A DNA stretch of 64,000 bases from Basidiobolus meristosporus CBS 931.73 (Eukaryota > Fungi > Basidiobolomycota). This document shows positions 41,022-53,974 of the stretch, in pieces. Every line of letters starts with the position of its first letter. Position 1 is the stretch's first letter. Both the position numbers and the translations under genes were made by a program. The notes beneath the pieces are model-generated. The model was given only the letters and a program-made list of their open reading frames with translations. It was not told the origin of the DNA and made no database searches. The stretch lies in the NCBI GenBank assembly GCA_002104905.1, contig MCFE01000178.1, positions 78,239 to 142,238 of the forward strand, read 5' to 3'.

Positions 41022-42850
41022 ATTGGAGATACCCTAGCCATCAGCAAGATAGCAGGTTTTCCTGGGCACAATGGATGGTATTGCTGTCAAATATGTGAGA
41101 TCCAGGGGATTTACTCCATAACTCATAAAATTATTATTACCCAAACTACAGCACTAAGAACATTATCTTCCCACAGAGAGAGCAAACAGAAGTCAGCATG
41201 CATTTGCAGCAAAGTTGGCAAGCTATAAGCCATTGGCTGGAGTATGGCCAATCAGAAACCAAAGATACTTAAGATAGAGGGTATCTGTTGGAGCAAAAGC
41301 TTTCCACTGGGAGTAATACATTTGCTTTTAAACAATATTCCTATACTGATGATGAAGTTGTACATGGGGCATTTCAAGCTAAATGTGCCCTTCAATATAC
41401 CAGAGAAATTTGAAAGAATTGGCAAGATATTACAGAGTATTAGCTACCCTAAGTACTTCTCACAGGCCCTAATCAATATTCATACGCATATGCAACAATA
41501 CAAATGCAAAGATAGAATGAACTGCATATGTATTTATTCAAGTGGCATTCTAAAGCCATTCCTATTGGGAGTACATTGGAAGCATTGGGAGTCATATGTG
41601 GACATTGTAGGATTATTTATCCAGAAGCAAATCACCAATGCCAACTTGATGCATCTACAGCTGTTGTGTGAGGAGTTTGTGACGGGATTTGAGCAGCTAT
41701 ACTACAAGCATAAAGCTGAACATGTAGATGTGTGGGGAGATGGGAAGACAAGTCAAGTGGCAGGTACTACCATATCCTAATTTCATCAAGAATATTACCT
41801 TCAAGTCCATCATGAATGTCATGAGTTGGCACATGGAGGACAGCCATGAAAAGCTGGAAAATACTGAGGACAAATGTTCACATGGAGACACCTATGCCTA
41901 TGGCATTAAGAGGCTAAGCAGCCCCAATGCAAGGGTAATCAGTTAAATAATGCAAAGTTGAGTTGGGTGCAACAAGCAACTAATTTTTACTAGGAAAACT
42001 CTACCAAGGTATGCTGATTTCTCTTGGTCACAAGTCAACTTCTACACCATTCAATACAGAATTCAGACAAACAAGAGCCAGAGCACACCTGTAAGGGGGA
42101 CTCAAACCCAGCACAGAGAAGGAATATATTGGCTAAGTACCAAGAAGTTCTTTGCGGATATTCAGAAGGTATTCATGGCAGAAGTGGCAACAACCAAGCA
42201 TATATTTGCAAGATGTATATGTTATCAGCAGTACAAGGTATATGGCAACTTTGCAAGTATCACACTAAAGAGCTGTAAAGCTGAGATGATATAAGTATGT
42301 CAATTGCAGCAGATGTGCATGTTTGTAGAGGTTAGTACGCAAGAGGCCATAGGGTTTTTTGATTTAAACTATGTGTGGAATACCCAAGGTAGTAGTGAGT
42401 TAGCAAATAAAGATGGGTAATTCCACAGTGAAATATATGAATTGCACAAGGGGAGGTAGAAAAAGGAAATACTATTTGGTAAATTGGTACAGTAGCATTA
42501 TACAGAACCAGCTGTAGGCCACCTTACTGCTAATATAATGCCATCAGAGTCCTGCTGTGAGACCATTGAGATACTGTCAAGTTTCTTGCCATATAAGCCA
42601 GTTGGATCCATTTAAAATTGTGGTAGAGCGCAACAAGACTGCAACAATACCATGCAATTATTGTCACAGCACAAATCAAGTCTTATCAAGTTTTATAACT
42701 TTATTTGGCAGTAGAATTAGCAAAACACCATTGTGATCCCATCATAAGATTGTTAAGAGGGTCACTAATTCCAAGCTGCTAGTATTATGACAGTCTCTCA
42801 ACAGGATCCTGCCAGCTGATCTTGATTGGATCCACCTCTGGGACCTAATT
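41022..42850 (+). pseudogene. CACTA/EnSpm-like transposase relic, inverted relative to the 33230-40560 copy
   Basis: GDTLAISKIAGFPGHNGWYCCQIC, FPLGVIHLLLNNIP…MGHFKLN; reverse-complement homology to 33300-34530 and 39240-40290. Confidence 0.7.
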
Positions 42851-43039
42851 ATTTTTCATAGGGAATGCAACCATCAGGAACTCAAGGCCAAGCAGAATGC
42901 ACTTGACCAGTTCCATGAGCATTATCATGAACTTAAACAATCTAACAGATTTTGAGCCAGCATTGGTATGCTAAGAAAGTGTCTCAAGAATAGTAGACCC
43001 ATCAAAGGCAGAAGAGCAAGGGTGCTGTGGCTAAAGGCC

Positions 43040-45725
43040 AGCAGCTTCCTCACAAGCCCACTACAAGCAGGGCTGAAAGCTCTAAACAAGTGTAAAGGAA
43101 ATGTCAGCTAGCTGGAAGAGTGCCAGTAAGGGACAAGCAGGTAGACACACATGCACCAGCACAACATTTATCAAGGAAAAAGTGTAGCTCTATTGAAGAA
43201 GCACTTGGTCAATATAGTGGTTAAGGACCTGTCATTGATTAAAACTGGCAGTTTCCACAGGAGCCTGTCACCCCTGTGGCTGAAAGCTGAAAAAAAGCAG
43301 CAAACAAACATCAGGCTGCTTGAAGAGTGCTGGTAAGGAACAAGAAGGCAGAAATGGATGCACCAGTGCAGCATTTATTGAAAAATACATGGAGTTCAAT
43401 ACAAGAAGCACTCAGACAAAGCAGTAGTGAAAGACCTGGCAGTGGTAAAGTAAAAGGTAAAGGGAAAAAGTCTTGCCAAGCCAGAGACAGGGAAGCATAA
43501 GAAAAAGCTGTATCTCTTGCAATTGATGCCTTAAGCCCAGAACAGGCCTAATCCCATCATAGCCAAAAAGAGTTACCAATAAGGCAAAAGCAATTTTCTC
43601 AAGAGTTGCAGGCACAGCCAGTTGAGCTACACTCCAGTGAGGTAGATGAGCTTGCAGAGAAAGGTAATTTGTCTCCCACACCCTCCACCTCCTCAATTAT
43701 TGAGAGTGTGGAGATCCCACACACAGACAAAGTAACAATGTCAAGAACTCAAAAGACTATTGCAATGCCTACAGTGGAGTTTTGGGGCAATAACAGGCAC
43801 AGCAAAAGGTATCAGCACTCCTTCAAGTGCAGTGTTCAAGAGATTACACTTGAATATTGCAAGGGTTTATTGCAAAGACTGGCAGATGAGGTGCTAGACC
43901 TTGCAGTGCTGGCTGAAGACAAAGATTTATGGGAACCAGTGAATGAACAATGTCATAAAGCCATATGGTTCCTGCCAAAGTCATGGAAAAAGGGTATTTT
44001 AGCAGATATACTTATTGAATGGTGGATTTCAATAGAGTTACTTGTTGAGTGTGAGTCTGGGCTTAATGTTAGTGTTAGATATATGGACTTGCATAGATCA
44101 GTACAATCCAAAATTGAGTTACAACTGAAGATTGAAAAGTGATGAACCAGCTTGTATGCATGAAAAGTAAGAGCATTGTTTGAGTCAGGAAGTAAGGAGT
44201 GTAAAAAAGAAGCTTTAGCTAATCAATGTGCACAAATGTAGGAGGTGACTGAGTGTCAAGAATCAGAAACTGAGAGAATTGAGAGAGAACCAATCAAAAG
44301 TCATTTATATTGTTCTGATGGAAGTTTTGACCAAGTTTCTTGTGAAATCTGGGATGCAATTTTTCTCAACAGTCTTTGTATGATGTCCTAACAGCATCAA
44401 TACCTCTTAGTAACAGGATTTAAGATTTGTGACTGCCTTTTGATGGGATCATCACAATTATATCTTATAGGGCCAAGCAAAGTAGTACTGAAGGACAAGG
44501 CATTGATAAATACAAGTAGCTTCCTCAAGGGCCCATTGCAAGTAGGGCTGAAAGCTCAAAACAAGCAGCAAAGAAACATCAGTTGTACAGAAGAGTGCCA
44601 GTGAGGGACAAGCAAGCTGAAATAGAGGCACCAGTGCAGCATTTGTCAGGAAGATAATGTAGTGCAATACAAAAAACACTTATCAAAGGAGGCAGTGAAA
44701 GACCTGGCAGTGATAAAGTAAAAGGTAAAGGGAAAGAGTCTTGCCAAGCCAGAGACAGGGAAGCATGAGAAAAAGCTGCAGTTCTTGCCAATTGATGCCT
44801 TAAGCCCAGAACAGGCTTAATCCCACCATGGCCAAGAAAAATTACCAACAAGACATAAGCAATTTTCTCAAGAGTTACAGGTGCAGCCAGTTGAGCTACA
44901 CTCCAGTGAGGTAGATGAGCTTGCAGAGAAAAGCAATTTGTTTGCTACAGCCTCCACATCCTCCATTTTACATAAAGTGGAAATCCCACCAACAGGCAAA
45001 GTAACAGCATCAGAAATTAGGGGACTTTCACAATGCCTACAGTGGAACTTTAGAACATTACTAGGCACATCAAGTGGTTACAGCACTTCTTAAGTGGCAG
45101 TGCTCAAGAAAACACACAAAAGTATTGCAAGAAACTATTGCAGAGACTGGCAAATGTAGTGCTAGACCTTGCAGTGCCAGCTAAAGACCTGGACATATTT
45201 GAACCAGTGAATGAACAATGACACAGAGCTGTAGGGTTACCATCACAGACATGGGCAAAGGGTATACAGCAGAAACACATATTGAATGATAAGCATAATA
45301 AAGTTATTTGTTAAGTGTGAGATAGGGCTTAATGTTAGTGTTTGGTATAGGGATATGTAGAGGCCAGTGCAAACAGTAAATGAGTTGCAACTGAAAATTC
45401 AACAGAACTAAACCAATTTATATGCATGAAAAGTGAGAGCATTGGTTGAGTCAGGAAGTAAGAAGCATACAAAGAGGCTATAGCTACTCAATCTAAACAA
45501 ATGATGGTGGTGATTGAGTGTCTGGAATTGGAAAGTGACAGAAATGTCAGAGAACCAATCAATAACCACTGATGGATTGTTGTATTGATACTTTTGACCT
45601 AGTTTTTTGTAAAGTCTGAGATGCAACTATTTTCAACAGTTTTTGCACAGTGTCCTGATGGCATCAATACCTCCTAGTCACAGGATTTAAGTTTTGTGAT
45701 GGCCTTTTGATTGGTTCATCACCAC
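43040..45725 (+). repeat. Diverged tandem duplication (~1.27-kb unit) with an internal ~200-bp sub-repeat; decayed coding-like sequence
   Basis: GACCTGGCAGT…CCAGAGACAGGGAAGCA…CTACACTCCAGTGAGGTAGATGAGCTTGCAGAGAAA occurs at ~43430-43660 and again at ~44700-44930. Confidence 0.75.
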
Positions 45726-47770
45726 TATTTCTGATAGGGATGGTTATTATATTTGTGGCTTGAACCCCCACTAATTCAATCTTACAACTGATAAGATGGT
45801 TCAATTTAATGGGCTTTCTATTTTTTCTCCTTATAGCATACATGTAGCATTGAATTCTTATCTTAGATACAATTCCTTAACAGCTAGACATGCCTAATAG
45901 GTGTCCTCAAATTGTTGTTGATCAACACCTGAAACTTGGCCAATTCTTCTAAGCTAGAATATCTAGTACTCAAACTGATTTCCCCTAACCCAAACATAAC
46001 TATTATCAGTTATGGCTTATTTTATCCCTTCTGAGTGTCTATTTTTAGCTTTTACACTGGATGAATTTTCATGTGGACATTATCCTATCAATGAATCTGC
46101 CAAGTCTTCCCAGACAATTAGTCATCTGAGAACTACTCAATTACTTAGCAATTGCCAAAACATCAACAGATTAATGATGCATTTTTCATTTATCTTATGC
46201 ACCTATCAACATCCAAGTTGATTTCAATTAGTCCAGTCTCTTAGTGCTTACTAATTCAGCTTGATCAGAACAGTATCAATAGAGTTTACTGAACCTTTTG
46301 GTTTAGTGCATGTGTCAACAAGGTTAAGAAGTCAATAATATGGCTCTAGTTTTTACCCAAGCTTGGCTTATCTAGCACTCCCAAGAACACCAACCCTAGC
46401 CTGCATAGCAAACCAGCCCTGTTGCCTTTACAGCCAAGCCCATCTTTATCTCAGAACAATATTTGACAAGAATCCTTCTGCCAATATTTCTGCTATGCTC
46501 TGACAATTTTAAGATTCTGCACTTAAATACCCCTTTGATTCAGTTAAACCATTCAGGAATTTTATTACACTCTTCTCTTTGATACAACATTTTTGTTTGT
46601 TGAATTCCATACATTCAACCACTTTATGAGATGTCCTCAGCAGCAAGCAATCCAAGCCTTTCCATGTTGAAAGAAGCCAGAAGAAATCAGGAAGAACTGA
46701 CTGTCCCTTTGGCTTGGTTGAGCTATTCAAGAGCTTTATTACACTATTTAGCCAATTAAATATCCATCAGTACTATCCAAATCATGCTACATGAGCTCCA
46801 TAAAAATCATCAAGCAACTGAGATATCTTTTATTATCAGGAAGCTTCATTACAAGTAAATATATATGTATACAGTGTGTAGAAGCATAAACATGCAGAGT
46901 AGATTTGTTATGGAAGCATCAATTTAGGGCTTGGATTTTTTCACACTGGTCTCACAAAAGCAATTCACTATGTAGTTTGTAGTGTACTTCCCTACCTTTT
47001 ATCAATGATTTTACTACACAATGCTAACTAGATCATATAGATCAGGGCTTGTAAAGTACATTATATGCACTGTAGCAGTGTTAACCCCCCATCAGATGGT
47101 GGTCCATGTGCTTTTAAGTATATGTATATTTGTTGTGGTCCAAAGTCATGCGTATGCCGCATTACAAGCAATCAGTGCTTATTGTAAAATTGATTTGACC
47201 AATATTTTAAGCCATAGGCTACCATACCAGCGGGCTTCTGTGATGGAAATAACAAATATCAATGTAATGAGCAACAAGAGAGCACTGGGGGCTGGGTAAA
47301 GCGTTTACTACTTCCCTCGCTGTGGAGACAAAAAACTCCAAAAATGCAAAATTATAAGGAATCGCTGATGTTGGGTAAGCTTGGATAGGATTGAAGGAGA
47401 CTGATCCCGGGCAGATTAGTTACTCGAAGTCGAATATTAACATACAAAAGCCAGGCCTTTGGAAGTGTTATTCTATTACTCGAAAACTATGGTATGGTAT
47501 TACTGTTAATATGGTCTGAACTATACAAGCTATTCTTTGCTATGTACGTAATGGAAACGGATATATGGGAATTAAATATATAGGTCAACGGGTTGGACGG
47601 CAAAACGCTTATCTCACCGATCGGTTAAACCGGATTCCATGTACACTTCGATAGGGTTTCAGAAGGGACCGAAGTTAGAGCGGCTCCTTCAATGTTGAAA
47701 GTGTGAAGTATGGTCGATAAACGCAAATGAGGGAAGATTACAAAACGAGCAAAATTGGATGAGATGAAGA

Positions 47771-48998
47771 TTAGTGTTGATCATTTGCATTATCTAGAGC
47801 GGTGATTACGTTGTCGGTTGTCGTTAAGCCTTCGAGAATGGGGACCAAGTCAAGAAGCTCAGTATCATGTGGGTCATTGAACCACGAGCTGATTGCTACG
47901 GCGTTGTTGGGATGAAACATGTAACTGGCTGGAGAGTTATCAACGATGATCACATGGCCGATTTCGCGACCTAATTGTGAGAGATCCTATGGATACACGA
48001 TCTTAGCCTTTTGCCAGGCTGAAGCACATTACAAGACACTAACCTTGACATAGTTACCCCGGTGAATGTGGCATGACTCTCGGAAAAGTCGATGCTTGAC
48101 AGATTTGTGTTTGTCCAGCAAATCCACTACTGGATCAGCATACTTGAAATGACGTTAGTATCCAATTCATTGGAAGCTTCAGATGACTATTTACTTTTGA
48201 TAAGCTGGCAGTGAACACGACAACTTCGAAGAGCAATCCCACTTGCCGAAGGAATTCATCTACGCCTGGCCGCTTCAAAACGTAGACCTTGTGAATCTGG
48301 CCTTCAATGTTCACTGGAACAATGAAATCGGCGTTCTCAACAACCTGGGTTCTTGTTTACTGCTGTGGATACTCGTCCCATTTAGTGAAGAAGAGTCCTT
48401 ACCTTGAAAGAGCTATGAACCAAAGTCTCATCAAGATCCAGTACTAGACATTTTTTTCCCTTGTCTTCTGACGCAAGTGGAGGAAGCAGGGCTTTAACCT
48501 CTGGCTGAAGTAGGTATTTAGTATCTTCGCGATAGAACGACCAAAAACTGCAGTAGACCTCACCTTGTCTGTGGGAGAAAGAGCCCCGTGGGAGGTCGTG
48601 GCCTTCTTTTCGCTCAACACTGCATGATCCTTGTTTGCTGCAGTTCTAGGAAACCCCGCCCTTCTGAAGATTGATCTTTTCTCCGATTCTGAATTCCCAT
48701 CGTTCGAATCCAGACGTACACAGCGAAATAGTTTTGTCAAGACACCGAAACGAGGTTTGCTCTCCCTAGCCTCCGAGCTTTTGAAGAGAGAAAAGGGGAT
48801 ACGACTCTTGAGAAACTTCGAATACTTCTTTTCTGTAGAAGAGCATGAGAAGCACTTCATCGCGAACAGCTGCTTACCCACCATACCTTGATTCACAAAA
48901 GAGGTCTTGACAGAAGTATTCTTCTTGAGCTCGGTGGTTGTAGTAACAGAGATGGTTGTTGGTGTCGGGCTCACTTGGGTGATAAGATTCTCGGCCAT
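47771..48998 (-). CDS. PSR1: Psr1/Psr2-like small CTD phosphatase (NIF/FCP1 HAD family), multi-exon
   Basis: Spliced frame gives LLPPL…[74 protein letters not shown] introns visible. Confidence 0.92.
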
Positions 48999-51948
48999 TT
49001 CGGAGGATATCTTGCTGTACGAAGGTATGGAGACTTTATCTGAATCCGAAATGAAAGGCCCTTGCCCAAACCGAAAATGTGAATTTATTGAAGAATAGCT
49101 TCAAATTATTCAGTTGTGGGTAAGCGAACTTGTTGGCGATATATTCAACAAAAACAGCGTTAAAGAGAGGTGCACCAGTGAGAACGGCCAATGACCTGGG
49201 GAAGAGGTCGCAATATATGCAAATGAAGGAGATAAAGGGACAAGGGCAATCAACAAGAGGATATATGTCAAGGTTAACCTGGAAATGGAGCAGCAGGTTA
49301 CAACAAATAAGCAGGTTTGATGGCCTGCAATCTTCCAACCAACTCTTAATATTGATTGTGTTAATCAAATGTTCAAACCTATTTCTGGACTACCGCTTCT
49401 CTAAATAGTAGAATTTATTTGAGTTTTCTGCAAAAAAATGCGCATCTATGCATGCGACTCAATTTGTAATATTCGGAATTCCATGTGATCTCCGACAATA
49501 GTGCACCACTCTTAATTATGAAAGGTTTAGGGCATGGAGTGTTATTCGAATTATTGCCAACCGGGGCTAATACGGGGAACTTCGAGAAAATGGTTCCCAT
49601 TTGTATAAGGTGCGTTTCCTTGCATCATCTCTGTTCTACGGAGATTTTCTCAACAATGCGCTTGATACTGGTGCTCACATGATCTACTTTATTTTCTTGA
49701 CGTTTCCCAATAACCTCTATGTTCAGTTCAGTAAGCCATGGCGTGTCCCAAACATGGCTGCCCACCATTAAATGCCCTCCAATCATAGCTTAATTCTGAG
49801 ACTCCGATAATATTGGCTGGTGGACTGTGATTGGAGCAATCCGTCAGCCTGCGGCCAAAGCTGATTTTCGAGAGATCACCATGCCACAATCGGCAATGAC
49901 TGAATCACAACCTTATTAGCCATACCCCATCCAAGTAGCATGGAATTATTAGTACTCACATGATGCCATTGATTCGGCCTAGGCAGCAGCTCAAATGACT
50001 CTAATATGGAACCAGATGAAACGCTATTTACACACAGGTCCATTCCCTTTGCTTGGCCTTCGTAGTGGCACCAGGGCCCTCTATAGCGAGTGGGTTGAGA
50101 GCAGGTGGGGCTGAGCGCCATGGCGAATGTAGACTACTGTTGTGCATCGCCTTATGTGCAGCAGCTCAACAGTGTCCGTCTCATCGAGGGTTGGCTTCGT
50201 CCAGCCGATCTGCTTGGCATGAATTATTGGTTAGCTACCTGCGTTTGGAGAGTCAACACTGTGTCACAGCTGTCGAACGGAGCTGTGTAGACTCGGAGGC
50301 CAGTTCCAACATGTTGCATCCATTAGTGGTGACACCAATAATTGCTTTCATCATAGGGCCGCTCGTTTTGTTGACACACCCATGCATCTCGTAATTATGA
50401 GGGGTTGTTGGTCAGTTGCCAATCTCAGGTCCATCCGTAGTCAGCACTATACCCACATCATTCCCTCAACAATATAGTATGGCACCACTGATGGATGGTT
50501 TGATACTTAATTATCATCGAAATGGAGATACCAGATACTCAATCAGGGTACGGATCGCTAGTCTCATCAATTTAACCATTAATGTTTCGGTGGTGAGCTG
50601 CATGGTTTTGGCCTGCGTCATCCAATAGATAGAGCCTCCAGTTTAGAGAGCAAATCATCATGACTTCATGGTTGGGAGGCAGTCCTTACTCTATTAGGGA
50701 AAGATTAGCATTACTCGTATGAATATCTGGAGACGTCAATCCAGTTCGAGTCTCTGCAGTGTTATGCTGGAAGCCTACATGATGGTGAGGGGTTCATTCC
50801 CCTTTACCGATGGTTCTAGAGAGCAGAATACAGTGCTGATGGATTCAGCGATACAGGGGCGTATATCCTGGCTCTATGGCCAAACAATCCTTTGAATGGG
50901 CAATGCACTTGACCTGAGGGTTATCAGCATCATGTCTCCTGTTTGCCGCCCATATTAGGGCTTGTGCGCGGCTGTGTCATTGAGCAGCCTAGAGCGAGCC
51001 TGCAGTGGGGTTCCAAATGGTGAGCTGGCCAGAAAGAAAGCGTATGGTCATTCTAGACCCTCAAGGGCTGCTGAATTCGAGCGTTTCTGCTTACCTGACA
51101 TCTTGTAATCATTGATGGAGAATGCAGCATTTATCTGATCGCTTTATATTTCCTACAAGTGGGATGAAGCATCTACTTGACTGGCGCCGTGGGATAGGTA
51201 TGGGCACCGCTGATTGTGGCTGACAACTTATAATCCAAGGGGAAAGCCAATAGCTATGTCCTTATTGTTAGCAGAGCGATGACTACTTCAACGCCATCTA
51301 ATGCTGTGGGGGAGTATAGAGAATCCGGGTGGTCGCCAAGATCCTGGGCAGACCAGTGAAATATAACAAATGTTGTGGCTAACCATTTAAACACAGTTCA
51401 TGAGATCCAGTTTTCTGCGTATACGGGGTTAGACCGCCGAGACTTCGTTAATATGTTGAGTAACCCTATCGATAACCCTGCATATAGAGCTTTATTACAA
51501 AGAGCACTGTCAAAAATCGTACTTGGTCACGGTATATCAAATTCTCCTGATTGAGCGAGTCATTGGTCTCTGACAAAACTTCCCATCATGGCTTGCAAGT
51601 CCCAAACTTCGGTATAGACAGCATAAACACATTTAGTCCGAGTAGGCCCTGTCAAGAGCAGAAATCGTCATCTTTGTGAACACTGCGAATAAATACCAAA
51701 CCATTTGGATTTCCGAAGACTCCCAGGATATCAATATTATTGCCCCTAATAAACAGTAAGGATACTACGGAGCATCGGCTGGTCTGGCCAAAGAGAACTA
51801 GTTAATCACATGGAGTGAGTCCTTGCATATTCGCAACTATGCTGAAAGTTAAAAGCCTCCACAATATCAAGTGCCGCAACCACCATCCTCTGTTTGTGGT
51901 GCAGGACGCGAGGGGATTCCGATTGGTTTATTGGTACAATCCAACGGA

Positions 51949-53589
51949 TTAGAGAGGATATCTAAATGGCGAATCTCCGAAATTGACCTGAACATCAACA
52001 TTCCCATCTGCACCCAACGTAGGATATACAAGATGCCACATTCCTTTGCGTGCACAACCGAGGTTAACGCCATTGCGTGTAAAGAACACACCTCCGCCCG
52101 AACAGTCATATCCACAGCCAATAACATCACCCACGCCAAACGGTAGAGCATAGTCACGGCCGCCATAACCATCATCCACATATTTCCGACCATCATCTGA
52201 GTGATAGCCCACACTGAAAATGTTCCATCCTGGGAGCCTGAAATACGGATATGGTCTGGTTGCTAGACCAACAGCAAACACAGTATCCGAGTCTGGCTTA
52301 GCCAGGATTGTAACCTCAAAATATGATATGGACCGGACACTTTCCAATGAATGGTGCCCTGCGTCTGTACATATAGAATTTTGAAGATATGTATGAGAAA
52401 TCGAGGCTGGCAGTGGGAGTCGTGTCTGGATGGAGGTATCATTGCCATTAGGATGAAAGCGTATGATAGGTGCAGCTTTGGTGCCTGGCCTTATCTTGAG
52501 TGCTACTGTAGATACGTATTCTTTGAGCATTGGGTTGATGGGCCAGTTGTTCATGGCTGTGTTTTTGAAGTATCCAAGATAGTTCAGTTCCTCTATACTG
52601 GGTGGATCAGTAGATGGGGGGAATTCCTGGCTAAACCGCAACCCAGCTTCGAATTGCTCCTCGGTAGCATTGTTTGTGGAGAAGTAATGGCTCGGCGTGG
52701 TGTCTGGCATAACTTCAGTGTATATCGGGGGTGGCAACTCTGGAGGATTGAGTGGTAACTGTTGCCCAGTGGTAGCCTCATTGCCACAGCTGTTGGAGCT
52801 GTGGGAGTTGCTGCTCTGCGGGGTTTGGGAAACCGGGCTTTTCCGGTTAAACAAAAGGTAGGTAAAAAATGCCACAAGCGCTGCTAGTATGAAAACATTA
52901 ATTGGCGACGTAGAGTCTATTACGTGGCTTGGCCGGTCTAGGATGTACTCAGTTGTTGGTCTGATTGGGGCATATTTTATACCGCCAGTTGAGTATTGGC
53001 CACTAACCCTCTGTACTTCAGCTTCACCATAAACAATCCCTTGACTGACAACGCCGCATCGCTCACCCTCGGCAGAATCGTTTTCTCCATTACAGTTGCT
53101 AGGCGTATTGGTTATAATAGAAAGGCTGGGGTTTTGGACGCCTTGGTCTCTCTTCACATCTTCACCGGAGTCAAGCTTGATACCATTGGCACTCCAGTTA
53201 TCTTCTTCACTTCCGATTAATTTGGCGCGATTAGAACCGCGGAGGTTATTTTGGGCATGGCTTTCCCCATTGCTCTTGGTAACCCAAGTACTTTTTTGTG
53301 ATTCTTTCCATGCATTGTAGATTTCAATGTAGGCTTCCTGCTTTTTTTCTCTTTGCTGGCCCCTGTTCATATTGCTGGCGCTCGATGAGCTTCCTCCGTT
53401 ATGAGTACTACCAACCTGAATTCTGAATTCAGCTTTTCTCGGATACTTGGGTGCATATGTGCTTCCTGCTTGATTGTCATTATTTTCTTTAACATTACCG
53501 GCTCTCCATGTTCTACCACCTCCACCACCTTTGGCAAATGCTCCTGGACAGACAATGCATAGCAAGAATCGGAATTGATTGAACAGCAT
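51949..53589 (-). CDS. Ssh4/Ear1-like membrane SPRY-domain protein
   Basis: 546-aa ATG ORF with a TM segment (INVFILAALVAFFTYLLF). SPRY motifs YFEVTI, GLATRPYPYFRLPGW…SVGYHSDDG, GDVIGCGY, VFFTRNG, NFG. Confidence 0.85.
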   Translation of the reverse strand: MLFNQFRFLLCIVCPGAFAKGGGGGRTWRAGNVKENNDNQAGSTYAPKYPRKAEFRIQVGSTHNGGSSSSASNMNRGQQREKKQEAYIEIYNAWKESQKSTWVTKSNGESHAQNNLRGSNRAKLIGSEEDNWSANGIKLDSGEDVKRDQGVQNPSLSIITNTPSNCNGENDSAEGERCGVVSQGIVYGEAEVQRVSGQYSTGGIKYAPIRPTTEYILDRPSHVIDSTSPINVFILAALVAFFTYLLFNRKSPVSQTPQSSNSHSSNSCGNEATTGQQLPLNPPELPPPIYTEVMPDTTPSHYFSTNNATEEQFEAGLRFSQEFPPSTDPPSIEELNYLGYFKNTAMNNWPINPMLKEYVSTVALKIRPGTKAAPIIRFHPNGNDTSIQTRLPLPASISHTYLQNSICTDAGHHSLESVRSISYFEVTILAKPDSDTVFAVGLATRPYPYFRLPGWNIFSVGYHSDDGRKYVDDGYGGRDYALPFGVGDVIGCGYDCSGGGVFFTRNGVNLGCARKGMWHLVYPTLGADGNVDVQVNFGDSPFRYPL

Positions 53590-53974
53590 TTGTGAAGCTT
53601 ATGTATGATCAAGATCTTGAATATATATGCTTAATTGATGATTTAGTGTACGCAGATATGAGCCAGTAGGATGCTGATTCGTAGCAAACTCCAGGTCACC
53701 AAATCTGATCACTTGCCAAGACCATATATACTAATTGTAGAATGTAGTTCCATCAATATCACATGCCTTCATCAACTAGGCAACTCACAATACTGGAGGC
53801 AATAAATAACGGATGTTCTAATGAACTATGGCAGGTTTTTAATACCGATGTGTTTCATGTTTGTCTACTACTATTAGACTTCTCCATTGAGCAACTACAA
53901 TAAAGCAAACTTGTAGCTTTAATATATCAGGAGGTAAATTGATACAACAGTATATTGAATAAAATATATTATAG

